64,000 nucleotides of DNA from TPA_inf: Saccharomyces (lineage: Eukaryota), in NCBI GenBank assembly GCA_000146045.2, contig BK006949.2:448001-512000 (forward strand), in the 5' to 3' direction. The notes below the pieces were generated by a model, which was not told where the DNA came from, did no database searches, and saw nothing but the letters and a program-made list of their open reading frames with translations. The position numbers were made by a program, and so were the translations under genes. Positions 39,362 through 51,664 of this stretch are shown one piece after another. Numbering within the stretch: the stretch's first letter is position 1; each line of letters opens with the position of its first letter.

Positions 39362-40207
39362 TTAAGTAAAAGAGCTTTTGAAACCAGTTATCAAAAGAAT
39401 ATCACCAATTGATCTTTTGCTTTCGAGAATTGTATCACCATATCTTCCCTCAAGTAGACAGTGGACGAGATGTTTCGAGATACTCGGGGAAAGTCTCTTC
39501 CAATGTGCTTCACTTTCAAAACTGGGTAAATATGCAATCAGCGTTTTTACATTCAAATTACTATCTTTCAATTTAAGCTCTGAGGTTATTCCATCGTGGA
39601 AAGAGTTTATACCACATTTCGATGTAATAAAATGTGTTCCTGATTTGCACGGTTTTAACGTCAATACCGATGATATGTTGACAATATAGAACCCCTTTGC
39701 TTTTTCTTGAGCTTCAGCTTGAACCTTTGGAAAAATGTTACTCAAGCAGAACTTAGTTATCAATATTACACTTTGTAAATTATACCTCACGATTTTCTCG
39801 AATTCATTTAAAGACTCTTCATCAAGTCTCAAAAATTTGTCTTCTTTGAGAAGAGTCGATTCGATTCCCTCCTGCATGTTGTTAATGAGCACTGTAGGAA
39901 TTATTTCTAAATTTTGAAGGTAAAGCATGGATTCCTCAAGACATTTTATGTCACTGAAATCTTTGCAAGAAATAAAAGTATACAGTTTTTCACTTCTCCT
40001 TGCGTTTTTTCCATTAATACTGTCTATAGTGTCAATATTTATAACCTTTGTATGATAATCTTCTATAAATGTCTCGCAGAGCTCGATGCCTAACTCATTT
40101 GAAGAACCGCCAATAATTAATACTGTATCGTGGCTAGGATGGAACTTTTTACCTAAACCGACATATTGATAAAAACTTACGAGGACTTTGTAAATTGTTT
40201 TCTTCAT
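39362..40207 (-). CDS. SRL4: SRL4 (suppressor of rad53 lethality); function unknown
   Basis: The 281-aa ORF has the length and position of YPL033C. Confidence 0.75.
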   Translation of the reverse strand: MKKTIYKVLVSFYQYVGLGKKFHPSHDTVLIIGGSSNELGIELCETFIEDYHTKVINIDTIDSINGKNARRSEKLYTFISCKDFSDIKCLEESMLYLQNLEIIPTVLINNMQEGIESTLLKEDKFLRLDEESLNEFEKIVRYNLQSVILITKFCLSNIFPKVQAEAQEKAKGFYIVNISSVLTLKPCKSGTHFITSKCGINSFHDGITSELKLKDSNLNVKTLIAYLPSFESEAHWKRLSPSISKHLVHCLLEGRYGDTILESKRSIGDILLITGFKSSFT

Positions 40208-40886
40208 GTCAGATTTTTGGGCTCTATTACTAGTGGACCTGTGCTTCGGACATACGCAGTTTTTCTGTGGTTTCTTTATACGTCACAAATCTGTATTATT
40301 ATTGAGTCACTAATTCAAATGCGTGTGACAATATAGCGACGGGGCCGTGCAAAAATAAGAGATACTGCACTTGCGCGGCTGATAGAGATTTCTTTCTTTC
40401 TACGCTGGGATAGTTTTCTTAGAAGGTTTTAGCTATTCTAATTAAAATGTTGTTCCCACCAGTATTTATTGGCACCTTGGACAATTTTAAAAATCACTGC
40501 TAAAACGGTGCTATGACACGATTTTCTGGTACTAAAACGTGTTTTATGAAATTAACAGTATATACAAAAAGTAAAAGGTATGGATAGTTAAATATGTGTA
40601 AAGCTATAATACAAAGAAATAACACAAGATAGTTGAGTTTATTTGGTCAAACTAAAAAGAGGAAATAATTATAGTGAATAATTCCAGATTTTGTTAAACA
40701 CCAATTCAAACAAACTGAAAACAGGGAGAAACCAACCCAAAAAATAAAATAGATTCAGTGATAACCCAATTCTACCGCAAAAAAAAACTAAAAAAATAAA
40801 TAATAGAAAATTAACAGATACAAAAACGAAAAAACAAACTGTTTACAAAACATTTACATGCGTGTTCATTAAGCTGTCGAAGGATA

Positions 40887-43364
40887 TTATTTCTTTGATT
40901 TATTTTTTTTTTTGAATAGGCCAAATCTCTTCTTCTTACCACCATTTTTCTCCTCATTGTCACCATTATCGGTACTAGGCGAAGCCATATTCGCCATTTG
41001 ACTTGATGAGGACAAGGTTGGAGTGCTTGGGGCTGAAACAGAGGTTGTAGGAGGGGGTGCAATATTTTTGGGATCGTTTATATCCACAGTGCTACTTGTA
41101 TTGTTGTTTGTATTTGTAAATTGCATTGCGTTATGAACTACCGAGTTGGTGGAAATATCAGGGTTGCTACTACTGTTATTAACTTTGTTGTTATTATTTG
41201 TAACTTCTATCATGGTACTGGAGCTAAATTGCCTTTGTGTGGGAACGTGATTGTTTAAACTAGGAGCAGGGACTTGGTTAAAAGTATTGTTTGGGTTGGT
41301 GGCATGTGGCATATTCAGTTTGTTTTTCGATTGTTGTGATCTCAATCTATTCTGGTTTACGATGCTATGCGTTGGCATGGAATTTAAGCGAGTTTGACTT
41401 GAATTGTTCGGTGGTCTGCCAAAATCACTCATATTTATACTGGAAGGATTACCAATATTAGGCATATTACTATTTCTATTCTTCCTACTTGTGGGCTTGA
41501 TAGAGTGTGAGTGAAAAGGTTGTACTTGTACCGATTGTTGTGGCTGCTGTAGGGGTAAGGAAGGAGGTTGTTGCGGGTCATATGCAGCGATACTTGAAGA
41601 AATTGGGTCTACAAAATTTCCGGCGGATGCAGGTTGAGACATAGCGCCATTGGTGCCATGCATTCCTCTGCTGTTAGAACGAACGTTTGCAGACTGCTGT
41701 AATTGAGGGAAGGAAGGCTTTCTTGGAATTGAATTATTGCTATTATTAAATCTTTGTTGCTGTAATGCTCTTTTCTGGAACTCCAGTTCACGTTCTTGTA
41801 GCTCTAATTCCTTTTTACGGAGTTGCAATTCGCGTTCTTGTAGTAATTTGTCATTCGTGCCATTATTCTCTCCGAAAGTTTGTGAATGTGAGGATAATGG
41901 TGAGTTCATTTGTGGCTGAGAGCTTACAACAGGTGGTGGAGATCTCACTGGAGAGTCTCCGTAGTTTACACTATATAGTGCCATATCTTCGATGTCCCTC
42001 AAATTCGGAGTTCCTGTTGCTTTATATTCATTTGTATCGGATTGGTTTGTTGCTTCAGTTGGCGTTAGTGCTTCAATTGATGTTTGAGCTTGAGATTGGG
42101 CTTGAGCTTGGGCTTGGGCCTGGGCTTTTAGAGCGACTTGATGTTTCTCCTTTAACTCATTAGTTTCCATTTCATGTTGCTTGGCCTGCATAAGCAACTC
42201 TTGTCTTAGTTTACTAATTTGACCTTGTAAGGAGGTAATTTGAGTCTGTAAAGCAGATTCATTTTTTTGTGATTTTTGCAAGCTTTGTAAGATTTGAGTT
42301 TTTTCATCTGACCTAATAAACCATTTAGATTTGCCACTATTCAATCTTTCAAATTGGGACAAAACAGAGTATAAAAATTCTAAGTACGGAGTTTTGATAC
42401 CAAAGTCATCGGCTAATAAAATAGTTTGTAACAACAGGATATCGATGTTCAAAGGCGTTGTTTGATGAATGAAATGATAAACCAATGCAGGTGGCTTATT
42501 GGTTGAATGATAAGAATTCTTCCATAGAGATAAAAGAGAGTTTTCATTATCATGACTACTGTTTAGTCTGGCTCCCATTGTTTTTGCTACAGTGATGATT
42601 TCAGTTACCAGACCTGATATTAAAGGTTTGGCAATGATCTGCTGGTCTAGATCACTTGGGTTTTCTTGTTCAAACATGATTAACAACGGATCAAAACAAA
42701 TTCTGGAAATCGCCAGCTTCCATTGTTGTGATAGAAACTCAATTGATGAGAAATTGCACAAATTGATTTTTATGTTGGAAAACAATTTAGCAAACAGTTT
42801 TTCAAAAGTGGTTAATAATGTTATAACGCCTGATGAATATTTCTCAGTGCTGGACTTACTTTCGCCGAGGTAAATCGTGTTCTCCTTTGCAGTACTAGGA
42901 AAGTGTTTGAAATGGTTTGGACCGATTTGACGAATATCCAAATCAGTCAAAATACTGAAAACGTTTACATGCGGAGATTCCATCGATAATTTGACAAACG
43001 GTTCCAATTGGATGAAACCACTGCTTTCTAAGAAAATTTTGGTGTTCGAATCGATTATGGACGTTAACTTGGACGCTAACGAGGATAATTCCTGTAAAGA
43101 TGGAGCACTCATGATGATTATGTCGAAGACGGCTTCACTTGATTTGGAGCTCAAAGCTTCAGTCAAGTGCTCGATAGAGGTGAAATGATTTTCCAATTCG
43201 AACCGGTCTTTGCCGTAGTATTCAGTTTCAATTTCAAATTGACATGATTTTGAATCGTTGACGTGGTAGAGGTCTATATTCTTGGCCAGTTGAAACCTTG
43301 AGGTGTAGAACAAGATATTCGGGTTGTTCCCAATAGCTAAAACTCGAAGTGAGGAAGACGACAT
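40887..43364 (-). CDS. SVL3: Svl3 (Pam1 paralogue), a cell-periphery protein
   Basis: The ORF is 825 aa from the internal Met (MSSSSLRV...). It has an N-terminal ApbA/ketopantoate-reductase-like domain, an (AQ)n repeat, Asn/Pro-rich low complexity and a basic C-terminus. Confidence 0.85.
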   Translation of the reverse strand: MSSSSLRVLAIGNNPNILFYTSRFQLAKNIDLYHVNDSKSCQFEIETEYYGKDRFELENHFTSIEHLTEALSSKSSEAVFDIIIMSAPSLQELSSLASKLTSIIDSNTKIFLESSGFIQLEPFVKLSMESPHVNVFSILTDLDIRQIGPNHFKHFPSTAKENTIYLGESKSSTEKYSSGVITLLTTFEKLFAKLFSNIKINLCNFSSIEFLSQQWKLAISRICFDPLLIMFEQENPSDLDQQIIAKPLISGLVTEIITVAKTMGARLNSSHDNENSLLSLWKNSYHSTNKPPALVYHFIHQTTPLNIDILLLQTILLADDFGIKTPYLEFLYSVLSQFERLNSGKSKWFIRSDEKTQILQSLQKSQKNESALQTQITSLQGQISKLRQELLMQAKQHEMETNELKEKHQVALKAQAQAQAQAQSQAQTSIEALTPTEATNQSDTNEYKATGTPNLRDIEDMALYSVNYGDSPVRSPPPVVSSQPQMNSPLSSHSQTFGENNGTNDKLLQERELQLRKKELELQERELEFQKRALQQQRFNNSNNSIPRKPSFPQLQQSANVRSNSRGMHGTNGAMSQPASAGNFVDPISSSIAAYDPQQPPSLPLQQPQQSVQVQPFHSHSIKPTSRKNRNSNMPNIGNPSSINMSDFGRPPNNSSQTRLNSMPTHSIVNQNRLRSQQSKNKLNMPHATNPNNTFNQVPAPSLNNHVPTQRQFSSSTMIEVTNNNNKVNNSSSNPDISTNSVVHNAMQFTNTNNNTSSTVDINDPKNIAPPPTTSVSAPSTPTLSSSSQMANMASPSTDNGDNEEKNGGKKKRFGLFKKKNKSKK

Positions 43365-43804
43365 AACTATAACGTGTGTGAGGGCGAGCAAAGCAATTAA
43401 ACGAAATTGATCTTATTGGTGAGCGTCAGACTGCTGGAGTTGTGTGTTATAAAATGAAAGAAAAAAAAAAGGAAGTAAAACCAGGGAACGAACCGATAAC
43501 TATTTCTCCCCTTTCTGTTTGTTCTTGGTTTTGCTTGCTTTGTTCTGATCAAGACCAAAAATAGCTGGGTGGCTACGAATAAGAAGGCCAAGATTAGAAG
43601 TGTGTTACTCTCACTAATTGACTGTTTAAAAATAAATAAACAAACAGGTTCAAAGAAACGAGAATAAACAAACAACGAACGCCAACGGAAAGAACCGACG
43701 TTGTGTTTGCGTTTACGTTCTGCTCTCTCACTTGACACAACACGAAGACCGAAAACAGCTTGGGAAGCATTCACCGATCGTTATTCGAGAGGTTTCCAGT
43801 TTCC

Positions 43805-43818
43805 TTTTTTTTTTTTTT
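43805..43818. repeat. Poly(dT) tract, T14, upstream of SVL3
   Basis: A T homopolymer. Confidence 0.9.
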
Positions 43819-44017
43819 CACTCGCGGTATAAACGAATGAAAAAAAATAAAAAATTTTCATGTTTTTCCGTTCCGGAAGACAAAGCCTGTCCGCCTTTAA
43901 GGCGGTAAAAGCCGTCGTAAAGGCTGTCGTAAGATGAGACTAAAGTAATAGTAGTGTATTATAGATGATTATTATCATTATATATACATGGCTACGGTTT
44001 TTCGCTGACGGGCTGCG

Positions 44018-44918
44018 TTATGAAGCGTGGTGGTAGTACTCTGCAAACCAAGGGTGATGCAGAGCCTGCTTGGCGCTCAGCCTCATATCCGGATTAAGTT
44101 GCAAGAGTCCGTGTAAGAAATCCATGAGATTCCCGTCTAGCGGTTCTTTGGTGTGTGGTTGCAATACTTGACGTAGGTCTCTTGGTGGTCGTTGCTGGAT
44201 ATTTGGGTTGTATTTGGGTAACTTTGTTACACTGGGCCATAGGGACTCATTAGGAGTGCCCATGATGTCGAAGATCAATTTCAGTTGTTCTTCGTCGTTG
44301 GTGCCAGGAAACAAAGGCTTACCCGTTATCATTTCCGCAAGAATGCACCCACACGACCATATATCAATGGATGTGGAGTACGTCCTAGAACCCATTAGCA
44401 CATCAGGAGCACGGTACCACAACGTTACGACTTCGCTTGAAAATGTGTTGACCGGAATACCGAAAGCACGGGCCAGACCGAAATCACCCAATTTCAACTG
44501 GCCTCTCTTGTTGATTAATAGGTTTTGAGGTTTTAAATCACGGTGGAGAATCTTGTTTTCATGGCAAAAGGCCAGCCCTTGCAGTAGTTGCCACTGGAAG
44601 TATTTAACCAAGTTTAGTTCTAGCCCTCTTGGTGTGTTGCCCACGGTGCGGGAATCCATGTATTTCTTTAAATCGTTGTCCATGAATTCAAAAACCAAAG
44701 TCAACTTGTTCTCTGTGTGAATAACGTCATAAAGTCTAACAATGTTCTCATGTTTCAATTCTTTCATTAGGGAGATCTCACGGATGGCCGTAGAGGGTGT
44801 ACCTTCCTCTGAATCCAGTTTTACCTCTTTCAGGGCAACATATACCCCTGTGGTTTTGTTCAGTCCCTTGTACACTGTGGCATACGTACCATTGCCAAGC
44901 TTTTCTAACTGCTTAAAT
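44018..44918 (-). CDS. PHO85: Cyclin-dependent kinase Pho85, exon 2
   Basis: Exon 2 has the PSTAIRE helix, [10 protein letters not shown] and DFGLARAFG motifs. It joins exon 1 to give a 305-aa product. Confidence 0.92.
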
Positions 44919-45020
44919 CTGTTCATAGAGCTCGAGGTTGATTTTTTCTCGTATATATGTTAGTATTCATCATTTCTAGTTCTTTACTTTCCAATGATAC
45001 TTGACTAGAAAACTACATAC
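44919..45020 (-). other. PHO85: PHO85 spliceosomal intron, 102 nt. The 5' splice site is GUAUGU, the branch point UACUAAC lies at 44959..44965, and the 3' splice site is AG.
   Basis: The reverse complement reads ATGTCTTCTTCTTCACA|GTATGTAG...TACTAAC...AG|ATTTAAGCAG. Splicing restores MSSSSQFKQLEK. Confidence 0.9.
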
Positions 45021-45037
45021 TGTGAAGAAGAAGACAT
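45021..45037 (-). CDS. PHO85: PHO85 exon 1 (17 nt, encoding MSSSS and the first two bases of Q)
   Basis: See the intron entry above. Confidence 0.9.
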
Positions 45038-45542
45038 TGGTATTGCTCAAGTTTGCCCAGTTTGCCGCGCTATATATCCCTTATCTGCAATTATACGCTA
45101 TATGGTAAAACTGGATTCCCTTTGTTATCTTTCAATTAGAAAGCTACGGGCTTACGAGTCTACGTGTATGGTGATTTGTACGGAAAATGAACTGCACACA
45201 GAGGACAAGCAAAGGGTCTAGGATAGATAGAAGTAGCGCATCCGGCCTGTCTATCCCTCCGTGTCTATCAATTCATTTAACGTGTCTGGACGGACTATGG
45301 TAACTACTTTTTGCGTTTTTGCACCTTCTTCCTGTTTTTTTGGTTTTAGTAGTGCACTTATTCTTCACTTTTTTGCTCTGCATTGTTAAAAATTTCATTT
45401 TTTGCATTTTGGAAAACCCGATGACATTATTCTTTGAAATAAACCATATCATTTAGAAAATGCGATTTCCATTACGCAAGATAGACAACGCATTTGGTCC
45501 GATTATATTGCTATCTTGTGATACTTCTCCTTTCTCTCAACA

Positions 45543-47246
45543 ATGACTGGCGACGGTAGTGCACATATTTCTAAAAACAATCAAAATCAACACAAAGATC
45601 GCTTCAAGTTTATTGTGAATGATAAAAGTATTCTAGGACCTCAATGGTTAAGCCTTTACCAAACGGATGGGAAAGTAACATTCGCAAAGTCCCACTTCGA
45701 GCAAGCAATGATGAACGTTATTAGAGAACCAAATATTAACTCTACTGTCATATTAAGAGCGGATATTTTGAAAGAGATCAATCATGCTGCAGAAGCTGGG
45801 TCTGAGCCAAAATTTGACGAGTCCGTATTAAAAAAGTTTGAGATCGATAATGGTAATGAAAGCGGTGAAGAAGATGTCAAGAAGATAAATATTGAAGATT
45901 TAAACATAAGGTCGTGTGAAACATCTGAGAGTTTAAAATTGTCACCCGTTCATGAATTTGTAAGAAGGATCATTCCTAGGAATTTTTACAAAGATGCTAT
46001 CATAAACCAAACATGTTTAATCCTAAATAGCAAAGACCCTAATTTTCAGGAGACCTCATTGATTGTATATACGCCGCACATTAACTCTGAGAAAGACTGT
46101 CCGTTTTATATTCCAAGAACGCAAAGTGTAGGCATTTTGTTACACCAGTCAGTTCTTTCTGTACACTACATTCCCTTCCCCGAGGATAAAACTGCCTTTA
46201 CAGATGAATCTGAGCGTGTTGTAAGAACCGCTTATAGGTTATTACAAACTGCTAACAAACACTCAAAGGGTGTGATGCAGGGTTATGAAAAGAGGGTCAA
46301 TCACGATCAAGTGGTAAATAAAGTCAATTTTCAGAACACATACATTGTTTTGAAGAAAAAATACTCCAAGTTCCTGGTGGAGAATTGGGCAGAGTCTACA
46401 GACCCAAAAAAACATGTTTTTGAAGACATAGCCATTGCCGCTTTCCTGATTGAATTATGGATTAAAGTGTACGGTCCAGACTTCCGTTCAAAAATGCAAT
46501 TTAGAGATTTGGGATGCGGCAATGGTGCTCTTTGTTATATTTTACTGAGTGAAAGTATTAAAGGTCTCGGCATAGATGCAAGGAAGCGCAAATCGTGGTC
46601 TATCTACCCGCCTGAAGTGCAATCATCGTTAAAGGAGCAAGTTATAATACCTTCTATCCTTTTAAGACCCCATCCTGCTTTGAAAAGACAAGTACCTCAT
46701 TTGGAACACAATGGGAGATTTTTCCCAGTCAAGGTGACGCACGAAGTGATTGCCCCCGCAACCGTCGTGTATTCAAGTGAGGACTTACTAAAATCTCCGC
46801 AGGTCAATACAGCAGAGTTCCCACCAGATACTTTTATTATAGGTAACCACTCAGATGAGTTGACTTGCTGGATCCCATTACTAGGTCATCCTTATATGGT
46901 TATACCTTGTTGCTCTCATAATTTTTCTGGCCAGAGAGTTCGTTTTAACGTAAGGAAACGTTCGCCTAGGTCAAATGAAATCAAAAACCAGAATAACAGT
47001 AAGAGCACCTACTCTGGTTTGGTTGATCACGTTGAATATATTTCATCTCGTGTAGGCTGGAAAGTAGAGAAAGAGATGTTAAGGATACCAAGCACAAGAA
47101 ATGCAGCCATCATAGGTGTAGAAAATGCAACCTTAAAGCATTTTCCAACGCAAGCAGTGTACGATATGATTTGGGAAGACGGTGGAGCTGAAGGGTGGAT
47201 TCAGAACACAATGTCCTTATTGAAAAGAAACCCAAGAAACCATTAA
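45543..47246 (+). CDS. TRM44: tRNA(Ser) Um44 2'-O-methyltransferase
   Basis: The 567-aa ORF has a SAM-binding motif (DLGCGNGAL). It fits YPL030W. Confidence 0.85.
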   Translation: MTGDGSAHISKNNQNQHKDRFKFIVNDKSILGPQWLSLYQTDGKVTFAKSHFEQAMMNVIREPNINSTVILRADILKEINHAAEAGSEPKFDESVLKKFEIDNGNESGEEDVKKINIEDLNIRSCETSESLKLSPVHEFVRRIIPRNFYKDAIINQTCLILNSKDPNFQETSLIVYTPHINSEKDCPFYIPRTQSVGILLHQSVLSVHYIPFPEDKTAFTDESERVVRTAYRLLQTANKHSKGVMQGYEKRVNHDQVVNKVNFQNTYIVLKKKYSKFLVENWAESTDPKKHVFEDIAIAAFLIELWIKVYGPDFRSKMQFRDLGCGNGALCYILLSESIKGLGIDARKRKSWSIYPPEVQSSLKEQVIIPSILLRPHPALKRQVPHLEHNGRFFPVKVTHEVIAPATVVYSSEDLLKSPQVNTAEFPPDTFIIGNHSDELTCWIPLLGHPYMVIPCCSHNFSGQRVRFNVRKRSPRSNEIKNQNNSKSTYSGLVDHVEYISSRVGWKVEKEMLRIPSTRNAAIIGVENATLKHFPTQAVYDMIWEDGGAEGWIQNTMSLLKRNPRNH

Positions 47247-47505
47247 ATAGATGTATCATCTATTATTTGTATGTGCGTTCATTTATAGACTAATTAGAAT
47301 ATCATACGTACATATAAGACTATACAATTTATCTAATTTTTTCATTTTTACTTAAAAATTGATGGTCCATCGTAAACAGCGTTAATAATTTCTTCGCCCG
47401 ATGCATAGACAATGAGAAGCCAAAATGCAGAAACTTGATACTTTCAAAGAAAGAGGTTCAACTATGAAAAGAAAGAAGATTTAAGTGCCGATAGAGTATA
47501 CTAGC

Positions 47506-49719
47506 ATGGCACTTGTCAAATACAGCACAGTTTTTTTTCCACTCCGATCATTGCGACTGTTTGTGTCCATCAAGAAAGCATATTACCACAGCGAGCCGCA
47601 TAGCATCGATCTATTTCATGATAAGGATTGGATTGTGAAAAGACCTAAATTCCTAAATTTACCCAAAAATGAACATTCAAAATTAGATATATTCCAGTTT
47701 AATTTTAACAAGTCCGAAAGCAATAATGTGTATTTACAGGATTCATCATTTAAAGATAACCTTGATAAAGCGATGCAATTTATCTATAACGATAAATTGT
47801 CATCCTTGGATGCCAAGCAAGTACCAATAAAGAATCTTGCTTGGTTGAAATTAAGAGATTACATATATCAACAACTAAAAGATCCGAAACTGCAAGCCAA
47901 AACCTATGTACCTTCGGTAAGTGAGATCATACATCCTTCATCTCCTGGCAATTTGATTTCGTTGCTGATAAATTGCAATAAAATCAGCAATTTAGTCTGG
48001 AAATCTGTTCTCAAATATAGCCTGAGTAACAATATAACTACATTGGATAAATTTATCCACGTCCTGCAACAGACCTTCGACCATGTGTACGAGCAGGAGA
48101 TACTACCCATGATGACGAATACAGATGATACAGATGGCGCTCACAACGTTGACATAACAAATCCAGCAGAGTGGTTTCCGGAGGCAAGAAAGATTAGAAG
48201 ACATATAATCATGCACATTGGGCCCACGAATTCAGGCAAAACTTATAGAGCGTTACAGAAATTGAAATCCGTGGACCGTGGGTACTACGCAGGGCCGTTA
48301 AGACTGCTAGCAAGGGAAGTGTACGATAGATTTCATGCAGAAAAGATAAGATGCAATTTACTGACTGGAGAGGAAGTTATTCGTGATTTGGATGATAGAG
48401 GAAATTCAGCAGGGCTGACATCAGGCACAGTAGAAATGGTGCCAATAAATCAAAAATTTGACGTTGTTGTTCTTGATGAAATTCAAATGATGTCTGATGG
48501 GGATCGTGGCTGGGCTTGGACGAACGCGCTTTTAGGTGTCGTTTCCAAGGAGGTCCATCTTTGTGGTGAAAAGAGTGTTCTACCTTTGGTTAAGAGCATT
48601 GTTAAAATGACTGGCGATAAATTAACGATTAATGAATATGAGAGGTTAGGAAAGTTAAGTGTTGAAGAAAAACCTATCAAAGATGGCATCAAAGGTTTGC
48701 GCAAAGGAGATTGCGTCGTTGCGTTTTCAAAGAAGAAAATATTGGATCTCAAGCTAAAGATAGAGAAAGACACCAATTTGAAAGTTGCTGTAATTTATGG
48801 CTCTTTGCCGCCTGAAACACGTGTTCAACAAGCCGCCCTATTCAACAATGGAGAGTATGACATAATGGTAGCATCAGACGCTATTGGTATGGGTTTAAAC
48901 CTGTCTATTGACAGAGTTGTATTCACGACAAATATGAAATATAATGGTGAAGAACTAATGGAAATGACTTCTTCTCAAATCAAACAAATAGGTGGTCGTG
49001 CGGGAAGGTTCAAATCTAGATCTGCCTCCGGGGGTGTTCCTCAGGGTTTTATCACCAGTTTCGAATCAAAAGTTTTGAAAAGTGTAAGAAAAGCTATTGA
49101 AGCACCTGTGGAGTATTTAAAAACTGCGGTTACATGGCCTACAGATGAAATATGTGCTCAACTAATGACACAATTCCCACCAGGAACGCCGACCAGTGTC
49201 CTGCTGCAGACTATTTCAGATGAGCTAGAGAAAAGTTCTGACAACCTGTTCACGTTATCTGATTTAAAGAGCAAACTGAAAGTTATTGGCTTATTCGAGC
49301 ACATGGAAGATATCCCATTTTTCGACAAGCTGAAACTAAGCAATGCGCCCGTGAAGGACATGCCTATGGTCACAAAGGCGTTCACCAAATTTTGCGAAAC
49401 AATAGCAAAAAGGCATACAAGAGGCCTACTGTCATACCGATTACCTTTTAACCTACTGGACTACAATTGCATACCGAATGAGAGTTATTCATTAGAGGTT
49501 TATGAGTCATTGTACAACATCATTACTCTATACTTCTGGCTCAGCAACAGGTACCCAAACTACTTCATTGACATGGAATCTGCTAAAGATTTGAAGTATT
49601 TCTGTGAGATGATTATTTTCGAGAAACTTGATCGATTAAAGAAGAATCCTTACGCACATAAGCCCTTTGGTTCTACAAGAGGTCACCTCTCATCTTCGAG
49701 AAGAAGATTGCGTACATAA
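47506..49719 (+). CDS. SUV3: Mitochondrial degradosome ATP-dependent RNA helicase
   Basis: The ORF is 737 aa from MALVKYS. It has a Walker A motif (GPTNSGKT) and a DEIQ box. Confidence 0.9.
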   Translation: MALVKYSTVFFPLRSLRLFVSIKKAYYHSEPHSIDLFHDKDWIVKRPKFLNLPKNEHSKLDIFQFNFNKSESNNVYLQDSSFKDNLDKAMQFIYNDKLSSLDAKQVPIKNLAWLKLRDYIYQQLKDPKLQAKTYVPSVSEIIHPSSPGNLISLLINCNKISNLVWKSVLKYSLSNNITTLDKFIHVLQQTFDHVYEQEILPMMTNTDDTDGAHNVDITNPAEWFPEARKIRRHIIMHIGPTNSGKTYRALQKLKSVDRGYYAGPLRLLAREVYDRFHAEKIRCNLLTGEEVIRDLDDRGNSAGLTSGTVEMVPINQKFDVVVLDEIQMMSDGDRGWAWTNALLGVVSKEVHLCGEKSVLPLVKSIVKMTGDKLTINEYERLGKLSVEEKPIKDGIKGLRKGDCVVAFSKKKILDLKLKIEKDTNLKVAVIYGSLPPETRVQQAALFNNGEYDIMVASDAIGMGLNLSIDRVVFTTNMKYNGEELMEMTSSQIKQIGGRAGRFKSRSASGGVPQGFITSFESKVLKSVRKAIEAPVEYLKTAVTWPTDEICAQLMTQFPPGTPTSVLLQTISDELEKSSDNLFTLSDLKSKLKVIGLFEHMEDIPFFDKLKLSNAPVKDMPMVTKAFTKFCETIAKRHTRGLLSYRLPFNLLDYNCIPNESYSLEVYESLYNIITLYFWLSNRYPNYFIDMESAKDLKYFCEMIIFEKLDRLKKNPYAHKPFGSTRGHLSSSRRRLRT

Positions 49720-49965
49720 TCTACGATATATCCTGTAAATAGAAACAGCTACACTGCTTGAAAGCCTTAACATGATACATTTCTGGTATGATGCCATTGT
49801 TGTGCCCTGCCGGGTTTATCGTTTCCTAACAGGCACGTCACTTATAACGAGGTGCCTGTCGTTTACCGCCCAAGCCGGTTTTTTCGCTGGAGAGTACGGT
49901 ACTACTAGCCCACCACACGTTCGTGGCCAGGTTGATAGGCCACCGTTGAGCAAAGGGCAGTAAAA

Positions 49966-49973
49966 TATATAAA
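49966..49973 (+). promoter_or_regulatory. TATA box (TATATAAA) about 125 bp upstream of the ERG10 ATG
   Basis: An exact match to the TATA consensus. Confidence 0.5.
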
Positions 49974-50008
49974 AGAGGAACAAGCGCTTCCATTAAGAGC
50001 ACTGCTAA

Positions 50009-51292
<1,284 letters not shown>

Positions 51293-51664
51293 TTACGTTC
51301 TGCGATTTTCTCATGATCTTTTTCATAAAATACATAAATATATAAATGGCTTTATGTATAACAGGCATAATTTAAAGTTTTATTTGCGATTCATCGTTTT
51401 TCAGGTACTCAAACGCTGAGGTGTGCCTTTTGACTTACTTTTCCGCCTTGGCAAGCTGGCCGGGTGATACTTGCACAAGTTCCACTAATTACTGACATTT
51501 GTGGTATTAACTCGTTTGACTGCTCTACAATTGTAGGATGTTAATCAATGTCTTGGCTGCCTTCATTCTCTTCAGGCTCTATTAATTTTAACCGTTATAA
51601 GTTCCTTTTCTCCCTTGGAAGCAAACATCAACTGCCTTAAAATCTGGTGGCGAGGAAAGAGGAA

